A DNA stretch of 64,000 nt. Origin: Candidatus Levyibacteriota bacterium (GTDB lineage: Bacteria; Patescibacteriota; Microgenomatia; Levybacterales; UBA12049). The stretch lies in the NCBI GenBank assembly GCA_016432345.1, contig CP066685.1, forward strand, positions 304,236-368,235, given 5' to 3'. A program made the translations under genes and the position numbers. The notes beneath the pieces were generated by a model. The model was not told where the DNA came from and did not search any database. It worked only from the letters and a program-made list of their open reading frames with translations. Positions 18,202-26,974 of this stretch are shown in pieces (positions within the stretch are counted from its first letter, which is position 1; every line of letters begins with the position of its first letter).

Positions 18202-18777
18202 ATGTTTGCAGATTTAATTACATCTAAATCTAGAGTAACATTATTGAGTGTATTTTTTTTGTTTCCGTTTGAGATGTTTCATGTGAGAGAGCTTGTGAGA
18301 CGGACAGGAGATGAGATAAATGCAGTTCGCCGCGAATTATCTTTTTTAGAAAAAAAAGGTGTTCTTGCAAAAGAACCGCGAGCGAACAGAATTTATTATA
18401 CACTTTCTAAAAGTTACTCATTTTATTACGATCTGTTAAATATCGGAGCAAAAACAGTTGGTTTAGGAGCAGAGATACTTAAAAATCGCGCAAAACTTGG
18501 AAAAATAAAGTATGCAATGTTTTCGGGAGGATTTGTGAGAAGAGTAAAAAAAGGGCCAGACAGCGTTGATCTTTTAGTGGTGGGCACTGTTGTTTTACCG
18601 GAATTAGCACTTTTGGTAAAAGGTGAAGAAAAGAGGCTTGAGACAGAAATTAATTACACTGTTATGTCAGAGGAAGAATTTAATTTTAGAAAAAAAAGAA
18701 GCGATCCATTTATTATCTCGATCCTTACAAGATCAAGGTTAATGCTTGTTGGCGACGAGGAGCAAATGCTTGTATAA
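18202..18777 (+). CDS. Winged-helix (ArsR-like) transcriptional regulator with an uncharacterised C-terminal domain
   Basis: ORF 18127..18777, with the likely start at ATG 18202. FHVRELVRRTGDEINAVRRELSFLEKKGVL is a wHTH pattern. Confidence 0.55.
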   Translation: MFADLITSKSRVTLLSVFFLFPFEMFHVRELVRRTGDEINAVRRELSFLEKKGVLAKEPRANRIYYTLSKSYSFYYDLLNIGAKTVGLGAEILKNRAKLGKIKYAMFSGGFVRRVKKGPDSVDLLVVGTVVLPELALLVKGEEKRLETEINYTVMSEEEFNFRKKRSDPFIISILTRSRLMLVGDEEQMLV

Positions 18778-18782
18778 TTTAC

Positions 18783-20120
18783 TTGATGAAAAGCCCAAGA
18801 TTTATTTTTTGGCTTATTGTTGTTTTAACAATACTTGCTTTATATATTGATCTACCAAAAGAATTTACCCTTTTTGGGAAAAAGTTTTCTGCCTTTTCTC
18901 CCAATTTTTCTATTGGATCCTTGCATGTAAAAAAAGATTTTTCTATACGACGAGGCTTGGATTTAGAAGGTGGAGTAAGTATTACATACAAAGCAAAAGT
19001 TGAAGATTTGCCATCAAATCAGCGAAATGACGCTTTAGAATCTATAAAAAATGTTATTGAGCGCAGAATCAATTTTTTTGGGGTATCCGAGCCTGTAGTT
19101 CAGACAGCAACAGTTAATAATGAATCAAGAATTATTGTTGAAATTCCGGGAATTAGTAATGTTGATGAAGCTCTAAGTCTGATTGGCACAACAGCGCAGT
19201 TAACATTTTGGGAAGAAGGAGCATCAAATTCTGCAAAAATGAAACAAGCTACATCTTCGGCATTGCCTTATGGACTTACACAGTTTTTAGGACCAATCCC
19301 CAAAAAAACAGACTTAAGCGGAAAAGATTTGCAAAAAGCAGGCATAACGTTTAACACAAATACTGGTGTTCCTGAAGTGTCGCTTAAGTTTAGCAATGAT
19401 GGAGCAAAAAAATTTGCCGATATTACAAAGCGAAATCTAAATAAACCCGTTGCAATTGTACTTGATGATGTTATTATTTCAGCGCCAAGGGTGAATGTGC
19501 CAATTACAGATGGTAATGCAGTTATAACTGGAGGGTTTACTACAGAGCAAGCAAAAAACTTAAGTATCCAATTAAATGCAGGCGCGCTGCCTGTTCCACT
19601 TACTATTTTAGAGCAGCAAACAATTGGGCCGACTCTGGGAGAAAAATCGCTAAAACAATCGTTATTTGCAGGCGCTATTGGATTTGTTGTGATCGTTGTA
19701 TTTATGGTTGTTTTGTACGGGAGATTTGGTGTTATTGCGAGTATTGCGCTCCTTTTGTATACAATATTTACGTTGGCACTTTTTAAAGCTATACCTGTTA
19801 CATTGACACTGGCTGGCATTGCCGGATTTATTTTGTCTATCGGCATGGCGGTTGATGCCAACATTCTTATTTTCGAACGCCTAAGAGAAGAATTGCGAAG
19901 TGGTAGAAACTTATCTTCGGCAATAGAACTTGGTTTTACAAGAGCATGGTCATCAATTCGAGATTCGAATATTTCAAGTCTGATTACCAGCTTTATTTTA
20001 TATTATTTTGGAACAGGAATTGTTAAAAATTTTGCTTTTACACTGGCAATTGGTGTTTTAGTTTCGATGTTTTCGGCAATTGTAGTAACGCGAACATTTT
20101 TACGTCTAGTTTATAGGTGA
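18783..20120 (+). CDS. secD: Protein translocase subunit SecD
   Basis: GLDLEGGV, an N-terminal TM helix, a large periplasmic domain, and 5 C-terminal TM helices with LAGIAGFILSIGMAVDANILIFERLREE. Confidence 0.93.
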   Translation: MMKSPRFIFWLIVVLTILALYIDLPKEFTLFGKKFSAFSPNFSIGSLHVKKDFSIRRGLDLEGGVSITYKAKVEDLPSNQRNDALESIKNVIERRINFFGVSEPVVQTATVNNESRIIVEIPGISNVDEALSLIGTTAQLTFWEEGASNSAKMKQATSSALPYGLTQFLGPIPKKTDLSGKDLQKAGITFNTNTGVPEVSLKFSNDGAKKFADITKRNLNKPVAIVLDDVIISAPRVNVPITDGNAVITGGFTTEQAKNLSIQLNAGALPVPLTILEQQTIGPTLGEKSLKQSLFAGAIGFVVIVVFMVVLYGRFGVIASIALLLYTIFTLALFKAIPVTLTLAGIAGFILSIGMAVDANILIFERLREELRSGRNLSSAIELGFTRAWSSIRDSNISSLITSFILYYFGTGIVKNFAFTLAIGVLVSMFSAIVVTRTFLRLVYR

Positions 20121-20121
20121 T

Positions 20122-21024
20122 ATGAATATTGTTGGGAAAAAATATTGGTATTTTGGACTATCGCTTTTGGTGATTATTCCAGGGTTTATTTCGCTCTTTT
20201 TGTGGGGGTTACGGTTGTCGATTGATTTTACCGGAGGATCAAGAATTGAGTTTAGAATTCAGAATTCAAAATTCAAAATTGAGCGGTCAGAGTTTGAAAA
20301 AACAATAAAAAATCAAGGCATGGAGATAAGTTCGATACAGCAATCAAAAGATACATTTATTGTTAGGACTAAGCCGCTTGATCAAAAGACTCATCAAAAA
20401 GTAAAAGGAGCTATTGAATCGAAGTTTAGAGACGCTAAAGAAGTGAGTTTCCAGACAGTTGGGCCAACTATTGGGAAAGAAACAACCCTAAACGCAATAA
20501 AAGCAATTGTTGTGGCATCTATTCTTATTGTTTTATACATTGCGTGGTCATTTCGAAAAGTGCCAAAACCGGCCAGCAGTTGGCGGTTTGGCATATGCGC
20601 AATCGCAGCATTACTGCATGATGTGTTGGTGGTCGTTGGGATATTTTCGATTTTGGGTCATTTTTGGCATGTGGAAGTGGATAGTCTTTTTGTTACAGCC
20701 ATATTGACAATTATTGGATTTTCTGTTCACGATACGATCGTAGTGTTTGATCGGATTAGGGAAAACCTGCGAAGAATGCCTGGAGTAGCTTTTGCTAATA
20801 TTGTAAATGATTCGATATTGCAAACACTTAGCAGGTCTTTAAATACATCAATAACAGTTATTTTAGTTCTTTTTACAATGCTTTTGTTTGGAGGAGAAAC
20901 AATTAGGTGGTTTATTGTCGCGCTTCTTATTGGCATTGCCAGCGGGACATATTCTTCCATTTTCAATGCCGCCCCACTGTTGGTGGTTTGGCAGGAATTG
21001 ACAGAGAGAAGAAAACAGTCGTAA
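20122..21024 (+). CDS. secF: Protein translocase subunit SecF
   Basis: IDFTGGS, LLHDVLVVVGIFSI and GFSVHDTIVVFDRIRENL. Confidence 0.93.
   Translation: MNIVGKKYWYFGLSLLVIIPGFISLFLWGLRLSIDFTGGSRIEFRIQNSKFKIERSEFEKTIKNQGMEISSIQQSKDTFIVRTKPLDQKTHQKVKGAIESKFRDAKEVSFQTVGPTIGKETTLNAIKAIVVASILIVLYIAWSFRKVPKPASSWRFGICAIAALLHDVLVVVGIFSILGHFWHVEVDSLFVTAILTIIGFSVHDTIVVFDRIRENLRRMPGVAFANIVNDSILQTLSRSLNTSITVILVLFTMLLFGGETIRWFIVALLIGIASGTYSSIFNAAPLLVVWQELTERRKQS
20242..20281 (+). repeat. Heptanucleotide array (AGAATTC x2, AAAATTC, AAAATTG, plus an upstream AGAATTG separated by 5 nt) inside secF
   Basis: Read directly. It encodes IEFRIQNSKFKIE. Confidence 0.9.
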
Positions 21025-21088
21025 AATGAGTAGAGTGATACTTTTAAATACAGCTTAATTGAAACTCGTTGCAAACTTTTTTTCAACA

Positions 21089-21226
21089 ATGGCTGTAGTT
21101 TGGTTTACAGCAGCTTTTATAGAACCTAAAAGTATGATGCTGGTTACAACATCGTTATTTACAGGATTTTTTTCGTTATTGTTGGGTATTTTTGTATTAA
21201 AGGAGGTGGTAAATAATGAATCTTAA
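21089..21226 (+). CDS. Possible small membrane peptide (45 aa)
   Basis: Manual ORF MAVVWFTAAFIEPKSMMLVTTSLFTGFFSLLLGIFVLKEVVNNES. Hydrophobic. No clear SD. Confidence 0.25.
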   Translation: MAVVWFTAAFIEPKSMMLVTTSLFTGFFSLLLGIFVLKEVVNNES

Positions 21227-21341
21227 TTGGGAACAGATTATTTCTACAGGGTCTATTTACTGGATGCTTGTAATTATAGCAACTCTTTTATTCATTATTG
21301 CATTTAGAGGGGAAAAATATGGAAAGGGTTCGAAAAAATAA
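21216..21341 (+). CDS. Possible small membrane peptide (41 aa)
   Basis: Manual ORF MNLNWEQIISTGSIYWMLVIIATLLFIIAFRGEKYGKGSKK. The SD AAGGAGGTG has its core 9 nt upstream of the ATG. It overlaps the next gene's start by 23 nt. Confidence 0.35.
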   Translation: MNLNWEQIISTGSIYWMLVIIATLLFIIAFRGEKYGKGSKK

Positions 21342-21543
21342 AAAAATATACTATGCTAAAGAAGCAGATGTTCTTTGGTTTTTTGTTAAAAGCGGGCCAG
21401 AAATTGAATATAAGGAAATAGCGCCGGGTATAAGTGTTGAGCTTGGGGAAAGCGGGGAATTATTGGGTATTGAAATCCTTAATGCTTCAAAAGTTTTAAA
21501 TCCGATTCTTAGTCAAAAGCAGATGCAGATTCCAGCAAACTAG
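21319..21543 (+). CDS. DUF2283 domain-containing protein
   Basis: ORF 21298..21543, with the likely start at ATG 21319 (SD AGAGGGG). YYAKEADVLWF...VELGESGELLGIEILNASK matches the DUF2283 pattern. Confidence 0.7.
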   Translation: MERVRKNKKIYYAKEADVLWFFVKSGPEIEYKEIAPGISVELGESGELLGIEILNASKVLNPILSQKQMQIPAN

Positions 21544-21610
21544 GTTGGATTCTGTATCCTTGACAATCAGATCCCCCCCATCCATACTAAATATGGAAAG
21601 GAGGTTTTAT

Positions 21611-21814
21611 ATGAAGGTATTACCTACAAGTGGTAGAGATTTAAGAATTTTTTTGGTTTCATTTGTTGTTGCATTAGTAATGAACATCGGAGGATTTTTT
21701 AAAGTTACTAGTGGTGAACTGTTTTTATATTGGTTATTAAATTTCTTTCTTTGGATTATTTTGGCAATGGTAGTAATTAGATTGGTAGTTTGGGTATTTA
21801 AGAAGGTTTCTTAA
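21611..21814 (+). CDS. Small membrane protein (2 TM), hypothetical
   Basis: ORF 21545..21814, with the likely start at ATG 21611, 6 nt after SD AAGGAGG. Confidence 0.45.
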   Translation: MKVLPTSGRDLRIFLVSFVVALVMNIGGFFKVTSGELFLYWLLNFFLWIILAMVVIRLVVWVFKKVS

Positions 21815-21826
21815 TTAAAAAAACAA

Positions 21827-22276
21827 TTAGGACAAGTTTTCTCTGACGATTTTACTTACCAGATTTCCATCTGCTTTGCCTTTGGTTTTTGGCATTAGTG
21901 CTCCCATCACTTTTCCCATATCGGCAGCTGTTGTGGCACCTGTTTGAGTAATTGCCTCTTTTACGAGTTCTCGGATTTTATCTTCGGACATTTGTTCTGG
22001 TAAATATGCATTAAGCATTGCTAATTCTTTTTCCTCTTTTTTTGCCAATTCGATGCGGTTTGCATTTGTAAATTGTTCAATTGAATCTTTTCTTTGTTTT
22101 GCTTCTTTTTGGATAACAGCCAAAACATCCTCATCTGTTGCTTCGTATCCTGCCCCGCCTTTGTTAATTTCGTAATAATTTATGGCAGACAAGAGCATTC
22201 GAAGGACAGAGGTTTTGAGCTCATTTTTAGCCAGCATGGATTGTTTTAACTCGTTTTTAAGTTCCTGTTTGGTCAT
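21827..22276 (-). CDS. GatB/YqeY domain-containing protein
   Basis: LKQSMLAKNELKTSVLRMLLSAINYYEI ... AYLPEQMSEDKIRELV ... MGKVMGALMPKTKGKADGNLVSKIV. Confidence 0.85.
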   Translation of the reverse strand: MTKQELKNELKQSMLAKNELKTSVLRMLLSAINYYEINKGGAGYEATDEDVLAVIQKEAKQRKDSIEQFTNANRIELAKKEEKELAMLNAYLPEQMSEDKIRELVKEAITQTGATTAADMGKVMGALMPKTKGKADGNLVSKIVRENLS

Positions 22277-22277
22277 A

Positions 22278-23078
22278 CTAAATGAGCCTTCCTAATCCGA
22301 TTTTTCTGCTTTTATGAAACATAAAAACAAAAAACCATATTGCTATTATTAAGTAGATAAAGTTAAGTCCGAAACTTATTAGTAGCTTATCATAAGAAAG
22401 GTTACCCGTAAAGAGAATTTCGCGAAATCCTTCAAAAATATAGCTGGTGGGAATAAAAAGAGCAACTTTTTGCGCCCAAACCGGCAATATGGTTACCGAA
22501 TAATAAATTGCCGAAAAAGGAGCAATTAAGTATACACCGGCCCATGCCAAGGTTTGGATATTTTGGCCATATCTAATAAGAAATCCGGTAACAAAAAATC
22601 CGGCAACCCAGCCGGTTAGAATAAGACTTGCAATAAGCGGCAGTAAGTAAAAGCCATAGATAAATATATTTAATTGATACAGTATAAATGCAACAATTGC
22701 AGAGAATGCTAGACTTAAAAGTGTTTTAATAAAACCAAAAATCATAAATGCGACAATCCATTCGGAAATTTTAAGCGGCGAAACAAAAATATTGACGATA
22801 TTTTTATCCCATATTTCGGCCAACATATTAGTTGTTATTTCGTATTGTGTCCGCCAGACAACGATCCAAAAAATAAGTCCGGTGATAACAACAAATAAAA
22901 GTTGGGAGGGGTTATTGTTATTTCTAATAAAATAGAGTCCGGTTAAGCCCCACATAATAATATCCATTGCAGGCCAATAAAACATGTCGCTTAGTTTGTC
23001 AAAGCTATGAAACATGCCATAGGTATAGCGAAGTATCATTGCAAATACTCTGTTAAAATTAATCATGTTTTTCTCCAA
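22278..23078 (-). CDS. ABC-2 type transporter permease
   Basis: 266 aa, 6 TM helices, overlapping the upstream ATPase gene by 20 nt. Confidence 0.75.
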   Translation of the reverse strand: MEKNMINFNRVFAMILRYTYGMFHSFDKLSDMFYWPAMDIIMWGLTGLYFIRNNNNPSQLLFVVITGLIFWIVVWRTQYEITTNMLAEIWDKNIVNIFVSPLKISEWIVAFMIFGFIKTLLSLAFSAIVAFILYQLNIFIYGFYLLPLIASLILTGWVAGFFVTGFLIRYGQNIQTLAWAGVYLIAPFSAIYYSVTILPVWAQKVALFIPTSYIFEGFREILFTGNLSYDKLLISFGLNFIYLIIAIWFFVFMFHKSRKIGLGRLI

Positions 23079-23976
23079 TAACAGTAAGAAAATAATCTTC
23101 TAGATTTGGTTTATCAATACTAATTTCTTCGTATGTAATATTTTCTTTTGATAATATAGTTAGGAATTCTGCGATACGTTTTTCTCGAATAGGAACAGTA
23201 AAAATAAATCTGTCTTGCGTAAACAATAAATTTTGTTTTTCTAAAAAACTGATTGCTTTTTTTGTGTCTTTAGAAATTGTTAATGAAATTTTACATTCTG
23301 TAATTTTGTTGGCTAATTTTTCTGGCGTATCTTCATCGATAATTTTTCCGTGATCCAAAATAATAATTCTATCGCACATTTCTTCTACTTCGCTCATATT
23401 ATGGGAAGTAAAAAGCATACTCACGTTGTATGCTTGTTTTTCTTTTTTTAAGAATTCCCGTACTTTTATCGCAATTTCTGGATCAAGACTGGCGGTTGGT
23501 TCATCAAGCAGTAATACTCTTGGGTAATTAAGAAACGCTTTGACAAGTAATACACGCGTTTTTTCTCCAGCCGAAAGCATAAAAAATTGTTTCTTTTTTA
23601 CATCTTCTATTTCAAATTCTTTAAGTAACTTATCTATTCTTTTTTGTTTGTCAGGTATTTCATAAAGCCTTGCAAAACATTCTAAGATTTCAGAAACGGT
23701 AAAAAGCCAGGGGAGACTAATATAGGTAGATGAGTAATTAACCTGTTTTAAAATTTCTTCTCGGTGGTTTTTAAAAGATTTATTAAAATAGGAAACTTCT
23801 CCTTTTGTTTGTTCCATAACACCCAAAAGCATTTGGATGGTTGTTGTTTTGCCCGCGCCATTTGGACCAAGAAGACCTAGTACCTCGCCTTCTTGTATAA
23901 AAAATGAAATATCATTAACAGCAGTAAAGCTACCGAACTGTTTGGTGAGATTTTTGACGTCGAGAATTGGGCTCAT
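23059..23976 (-). CDS. ABC transporter ATP-binding protein
   Basis: Walker [10 protein letters not shown], signature LSAGEKTR, Walker B LLLDEPTASLD. Confidence 0.92.
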   Translation of the reverse strand: MSPILDVKNLTKQFGSFTAVNDISFFIQEGEVLGLLGPNGAGKTTTIQMLLGVMEQTKGEVSYFNKSFKNHREEILKQVNYSSTYISLPWLFTVSEILECFARLYEIPDKQKRIDKLLKEFEIEDVKKKQFFMLSAGEKTRVLLVKAFLNYPRVLLLDEPTASLDPEIAIKVREFLKKEKQAYNVSMLFTSHNMSEVEEMCDRIIILDHGKIIDEDTPEKLANKITECKISLTISKDTKKAISFLEKQNLLFTQDRFIFTVPIREKRIAEFLTILSKENITYEEISIDKPNLEDYFLTVIGEKHD

Positions 23977-25316
23977 AGTTTTTTTATTCGTGTGAGGAGA
24001 TACTCTTTGGTGTTTTTTGATTGATCTGGGTCTACCTCTTCAAAAAGTTTTTGTAAAATTTCCCCTACTTTTGGGCCGGGTTTGATACTTAATTCTTTCA
24101 TAATATCATTGCCGTCAATTGCTAAATCGTTTATAGAAAATGCCGCGGGCTGTAATTCTTTTTCGATTCTTTCTTTGAATAGTTTTAGTCTCCAACTTTC
24201 GGCTGTTTTGGTGCCACTGCCAAGTCTATCGGCAACCCGAAGATCTAACATGTCTTGGATATTTTCTATTCCCACTCTTCGAATAAATCTTCTTATTGCG
24301 GCATCGGTTGATTTTTCGTCAACCGTAAACATGTGCCAGCGAATAAGGGTAATTATGGCATCTCTGTCTTTTTTTGAGAATTTAAGTCTGTCGCAAATTT
24401 CTCTGGCAATTCTGGCCCCGACAATTTCGTGATTGTAAAATATCACTAATCCTTGTTTATCTTCGCTTCTAGCTTTTGGTTTGCCAACATCATGCAGTAG
24501 AGTTGCAAATCGAACAATTGGGTCATTTGATGGACAAAATTTTAGAGAAAGTAAATTGTGGGTAAAAACATCGGTGGTGTGGTGGCGGCCTGGTCGCACT
24601 TGCGAAACATCAATACCTTCTGTAAGTTCGGGTAAAATATAATCTAATAATCCCGCATTTTTTAAAAGCATTATACCATCGTATGGATGATTGCTGGATA
24701 AAGTTCGTAGAAGTTCGATTCGAATTCTTTCTCCTGAAACGTGAGTAATAAGTGCAGCATCTTTTTGCAATTCGTTCCAGGTATTTTCTTCAATAATAAA
24801 TCCAAGTTCGGTGGCGATGCGTATGGCGCGAAGAAGTCGGAGGGCGTCTTCTTTGAATCGAAGACTCGGATCACCAACAGCGCGGATAATTTTTTGCTCG
24901 ATATCTTTTTGTCCGCCAAACGGGTCAACAATAGCGTTTAGTTTTAGAGCAATGGCATTGATGGTAAAATCGCGGCGAGATAAATCTTCTTCTATTGTTT
25001 TTCCCCATTCGACTTTGTCTGGCCGGCGTTTATCGGAATAGGTTGTTTCGGTTCGAAAAGTAGTTATTTCGGCAACGTGTTTTTCGTTGTTTATGACGAT
25101 TGGTACTCCAACAGTGCCAAATTGATTGTCGTAAAATCCGTCTGGGAATACTTTAAGGATTTCTTCTGGTGTTGCATTTGTCGTAAAATCCCAGTCTTTG
25201 ACTGGTTTTTTCATAAGTAAATTTCGGATGCTGCCGCCAACAAGATATACCTCGAATTTTGCATCAGCTATTTTTTGGTAAATAGAAATAATTTCGTTTG
25301 GGATATTGTTTGTCAT
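23973..25316 (-). CDS. cca: CCA-adding tRNA nucleotidyltransferase (poly(A) polymerase family head plus HD domain)
   Basis: VYLVGGSIRNLL, DWDFTT, RRDFTINA and HD motif LLHDVGKP. Both tRNA genes in the window lack an encoded CCA. Confidence 0.85.
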   Translation of the reverse strand: MTNNIPNEIISIYQKIADAKFEVYLVGGSIRNLLMKKPVKDWDFTTNATPEEILKVFPDGFYDNQFGTVGVPIVINNEKHVAEITTFRTETTYSDKRRPDKVEWGKTIEEDLSRRDFTINAIALKLNAIVDPFGGQKDIEQKIIRAVGDPSLRFKEDALRLLRAIRIATELGFIIEENTWNELQKDAALITHVSGERIRIELLRTLSSNHPYDGIMLLKNAGLLDYILPELTEGIDVSQVRPGRHHTTDVFTHNLLSLKFCPSNDPIVRFATLLHDVGKPKARSEDKQGLVIFYNHEIVGARIAREICDRLKFSKKDRDAIITLIRWHMFTVDEKSTDAAIRRFIRRVGIENIQDMLDLRVADRLGSGTKTAESWRLKLFKERIEKELQPAAFSINDLAIDGNDIMKELSIKPGPKVGEILQKLFEEVDPDQSKNTKEYLLTRIKKL

Positions 25317-25335
25317 CTGCTATAGTATAGCAAAT

Positions 25336-26973
25336 ATGAATATGAAGAAGTGGAAAGTTTTACATAAATTGAAAGATGAAAGTATCATAAACGTTCTTCT
25401 GGAAAATAGGGGAATTAAAACTAAAAAAGAGATTGGGGAGTTTTTACATCCGAAATTGGAAGATGTGACGGTAAAAAGCGTTGGCATTGATGGGGTTCAA
25501 TTGAAAAAAGCATTGCAAAGAATAGAAGAGGCAATTAAAAAGCAGGAAGAGATTGTGGTGTTTGGAGACTACGATGTAGATGGAATTTGCGGAGCTGCAA
25601 TTTTATGGGAAACACTTTTTTGCTTAGGAGCAAGAGTAATGCCATATATTCCTCATCGAATAGATGAAGGTTATGGTCTATCCCTTGCGGGAATCTCAAA
25701 TGTCAAATCTCAAATGTCAAATCTCAAATTGATAATAACGGTAGACAATGGAATAGTTGCAAATGAGGCGGTTTTGTTTGCTAATAAACAAGGTATAGAT
25801 GTTATTATTACCGATCATCATGTGGTGGGAGAAATACTGCCAAAAGCATATGCAATTGTTCATACAACTAAATTATGCGGAACAGGGGTGGCTTGGGTTT
25901 TAGCTCAAGAATACAAAATACAAAATACAAAATACAAAATACTAGATCATCTTGCTCTTGTGGCGCTGGCAACTGTGGCGGATTTGGTGCCATTAACTGG
26001 TGCGAATAGAACACTACTTATGCATGGTTTATCTGTGTTGCATAAAACAAAACGACTAGGTATTGTGGCAATATGCGAAGAGGCGGGAATTGACCAGAAA
26101 ACAATTGAGACGTATGAAATTGGTCATGTGATTGCGCCAAGGCTGAATGCAGCAGGGCGAATAGAGCATGCCATGGATGCCTTGCGACTTTTGTGCACCA
26201 AAGACACAAAACGGGCAAAACTGTTGGCGCAAAATTTAGGAGCAACAAATAGAGAAAGGCAGGATATAACGCTGGAAAGCGCGCAGCACGCAGTGTCAGG
26301 AATCAGGAATCAGGAATCAGGAATCAGGAAGAAATTACTTTTTATTGCGGAGGAGCAATATCAGCAAGGGGTGATTGGACTGGTTGCTGGGCGGTTGGTC
26401 GAGGAGTTTTATCGGCCGGCAATTGTGGTATCTATTGGGGAAACACATAGTAAAGCCTCGGCGCGGTCAATTCACGGATTTAATATTATTGAATTTATCC
26501 GTACTGCATCTCATTTGTTGATTGATGCAGGGGGGCATCCAATGGCAGCGGGGTTTACGGTGGAAACAGCAAAATTAACTCTTTTGCAAAAACATTTAGA
26601 GGAAAAAGCAGAAGAAATAATAGACGAGGCATTGTTGCAGCGATCGTTGCGAATTGACTGTGAAATTCCAATAGAAATTATTGACCAGCATTTATATAAA
26701 GAATTGCAAGCCTTAGCGCCGTTTGGCATGAAAAACCCAGAGCCGACATTTGTCAGTAGAAATGTTGTTATTGAAGATATGAGATTAGTAGGAAAAGACA
26801 GAAAACATGTAAAGTTTAAATTTTCGATTGACGCAATTGGGTTTGGGTTGGGAGAGAAAGCAGGGGAATTTAGTGTTGGGGATAAGGTGGATATTGTTTA
26901 TACGATTGATGAGAATGAGTGGAATGGAAGAAAAACGTTACAGTTGAAGGTGAGGGATATAAAGAGAAATTAA
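25336..26973 (+). CDS. recJ: Single-stranded-DNA-specific exonuclease RecJ
   Basis: ORF 25306..26973 (TTG), with the first ATG at 25336. DHH motifs VFGDYDVDGICG, ITVDNG, ITDHH, GTGVAW and GHPMAAGF. Confidence 0.92.
   Translation: MNMKKWKVLHKLKDESIINVLLENRGIKTKKEIGEFLHPKLEDVTVKSVGIDGVQLKKALQRIEEAIKKQEEIVVFGDYDVDGICGAAILWETLFCLGARVMPYIPHRIDEGYGLSLAGISNVKSQMSNLKLIITVDNGIVANEAVLFANKQGIDVIITDHHVVGEILPKAYAIVHTTKLCGTGVAWVLAQEYKIQNTKYKILDHLALVALATVADLVPLTGANRTLLMHGLSVLHKTKRLGIVAICEEAGIDQKTIETYEIGHVIAPRLNAAGRIEHAMDALRLLCTKDTKRAKLLAQNLGATNRERQDITLESAQHAVSGIRNQESGIRKKLLFIAEEQYQQGVIGLVAGRLVEEFYRPAIVVSIGETHSKASARSIHGFNIIEFIRTASHLLIDAGGHPMAAGFTVETAKLTLLQKHLEEKAEEIIDEALLQRSLRIDCEIPIEIIDQHLYKELQALAPFGMKNPEPTFVSRNVVIEDMRLVGKDRKHVKFKFSIDAIGFGLGEKAGEFSVGDKVDIVYTIDENEWNGRKTLQLKVRDIKRN
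25694..25728 (+). repeat. Alternating heptanucleotide array (TCTCAAA TGTCAAA) x2.5 inside recJ
   Basis: Read directly. It encodes ISNVKSQMSNLK. Confidence 0.95.
25910..25942 (+). repeat. Heptanucleotide array (ATACAAA) x4.6 inside recJ
   Basis: Read directly. It encodes EYKIQNTKYKIL. Confidence 0.95.
26296..26330 (+). repeat. Heptanucleotide array (TCAGGAA) x5 perfect inside recJ
   Basis: Read directly. It encodes SGIRNQESGIRK. Confidence 0.97.
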
Positions 26974-26974
26974 A

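Noticed and set aside
19268-19864. Long antisense or alternative-frame ORFs. Examples: 198 aa antisense to secD; 38435..38926 and 38754..39095 antisense to lon; 59742..60104 and 60388..60771; and same-strand alternative-frame ORFs inside the GT-C genes such as 51558..51953 and 52929..53456
   Set aside because: They lie entirely within genes whose frames carry unmistakable conserved motifs. They have low-complexity or compositionally biased sequences and lack start-site signals. They are typical shadow ORFs.
20244-20283. Flanking direct repeats as target-site duplications of an inserted element: AATTGAG on both sides of the secF array, and TGCGA on both sides of the 46784 array
   Set aside because: The secF flanks are simply terminal units of the array itself, and the SecF segment is collinear (+3 aa) with E. 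coli SecF. Removing the TGCGA-bounded 40 nt at 46785-46824 would break the reading frame immediately. These are therefore not insertion scars.
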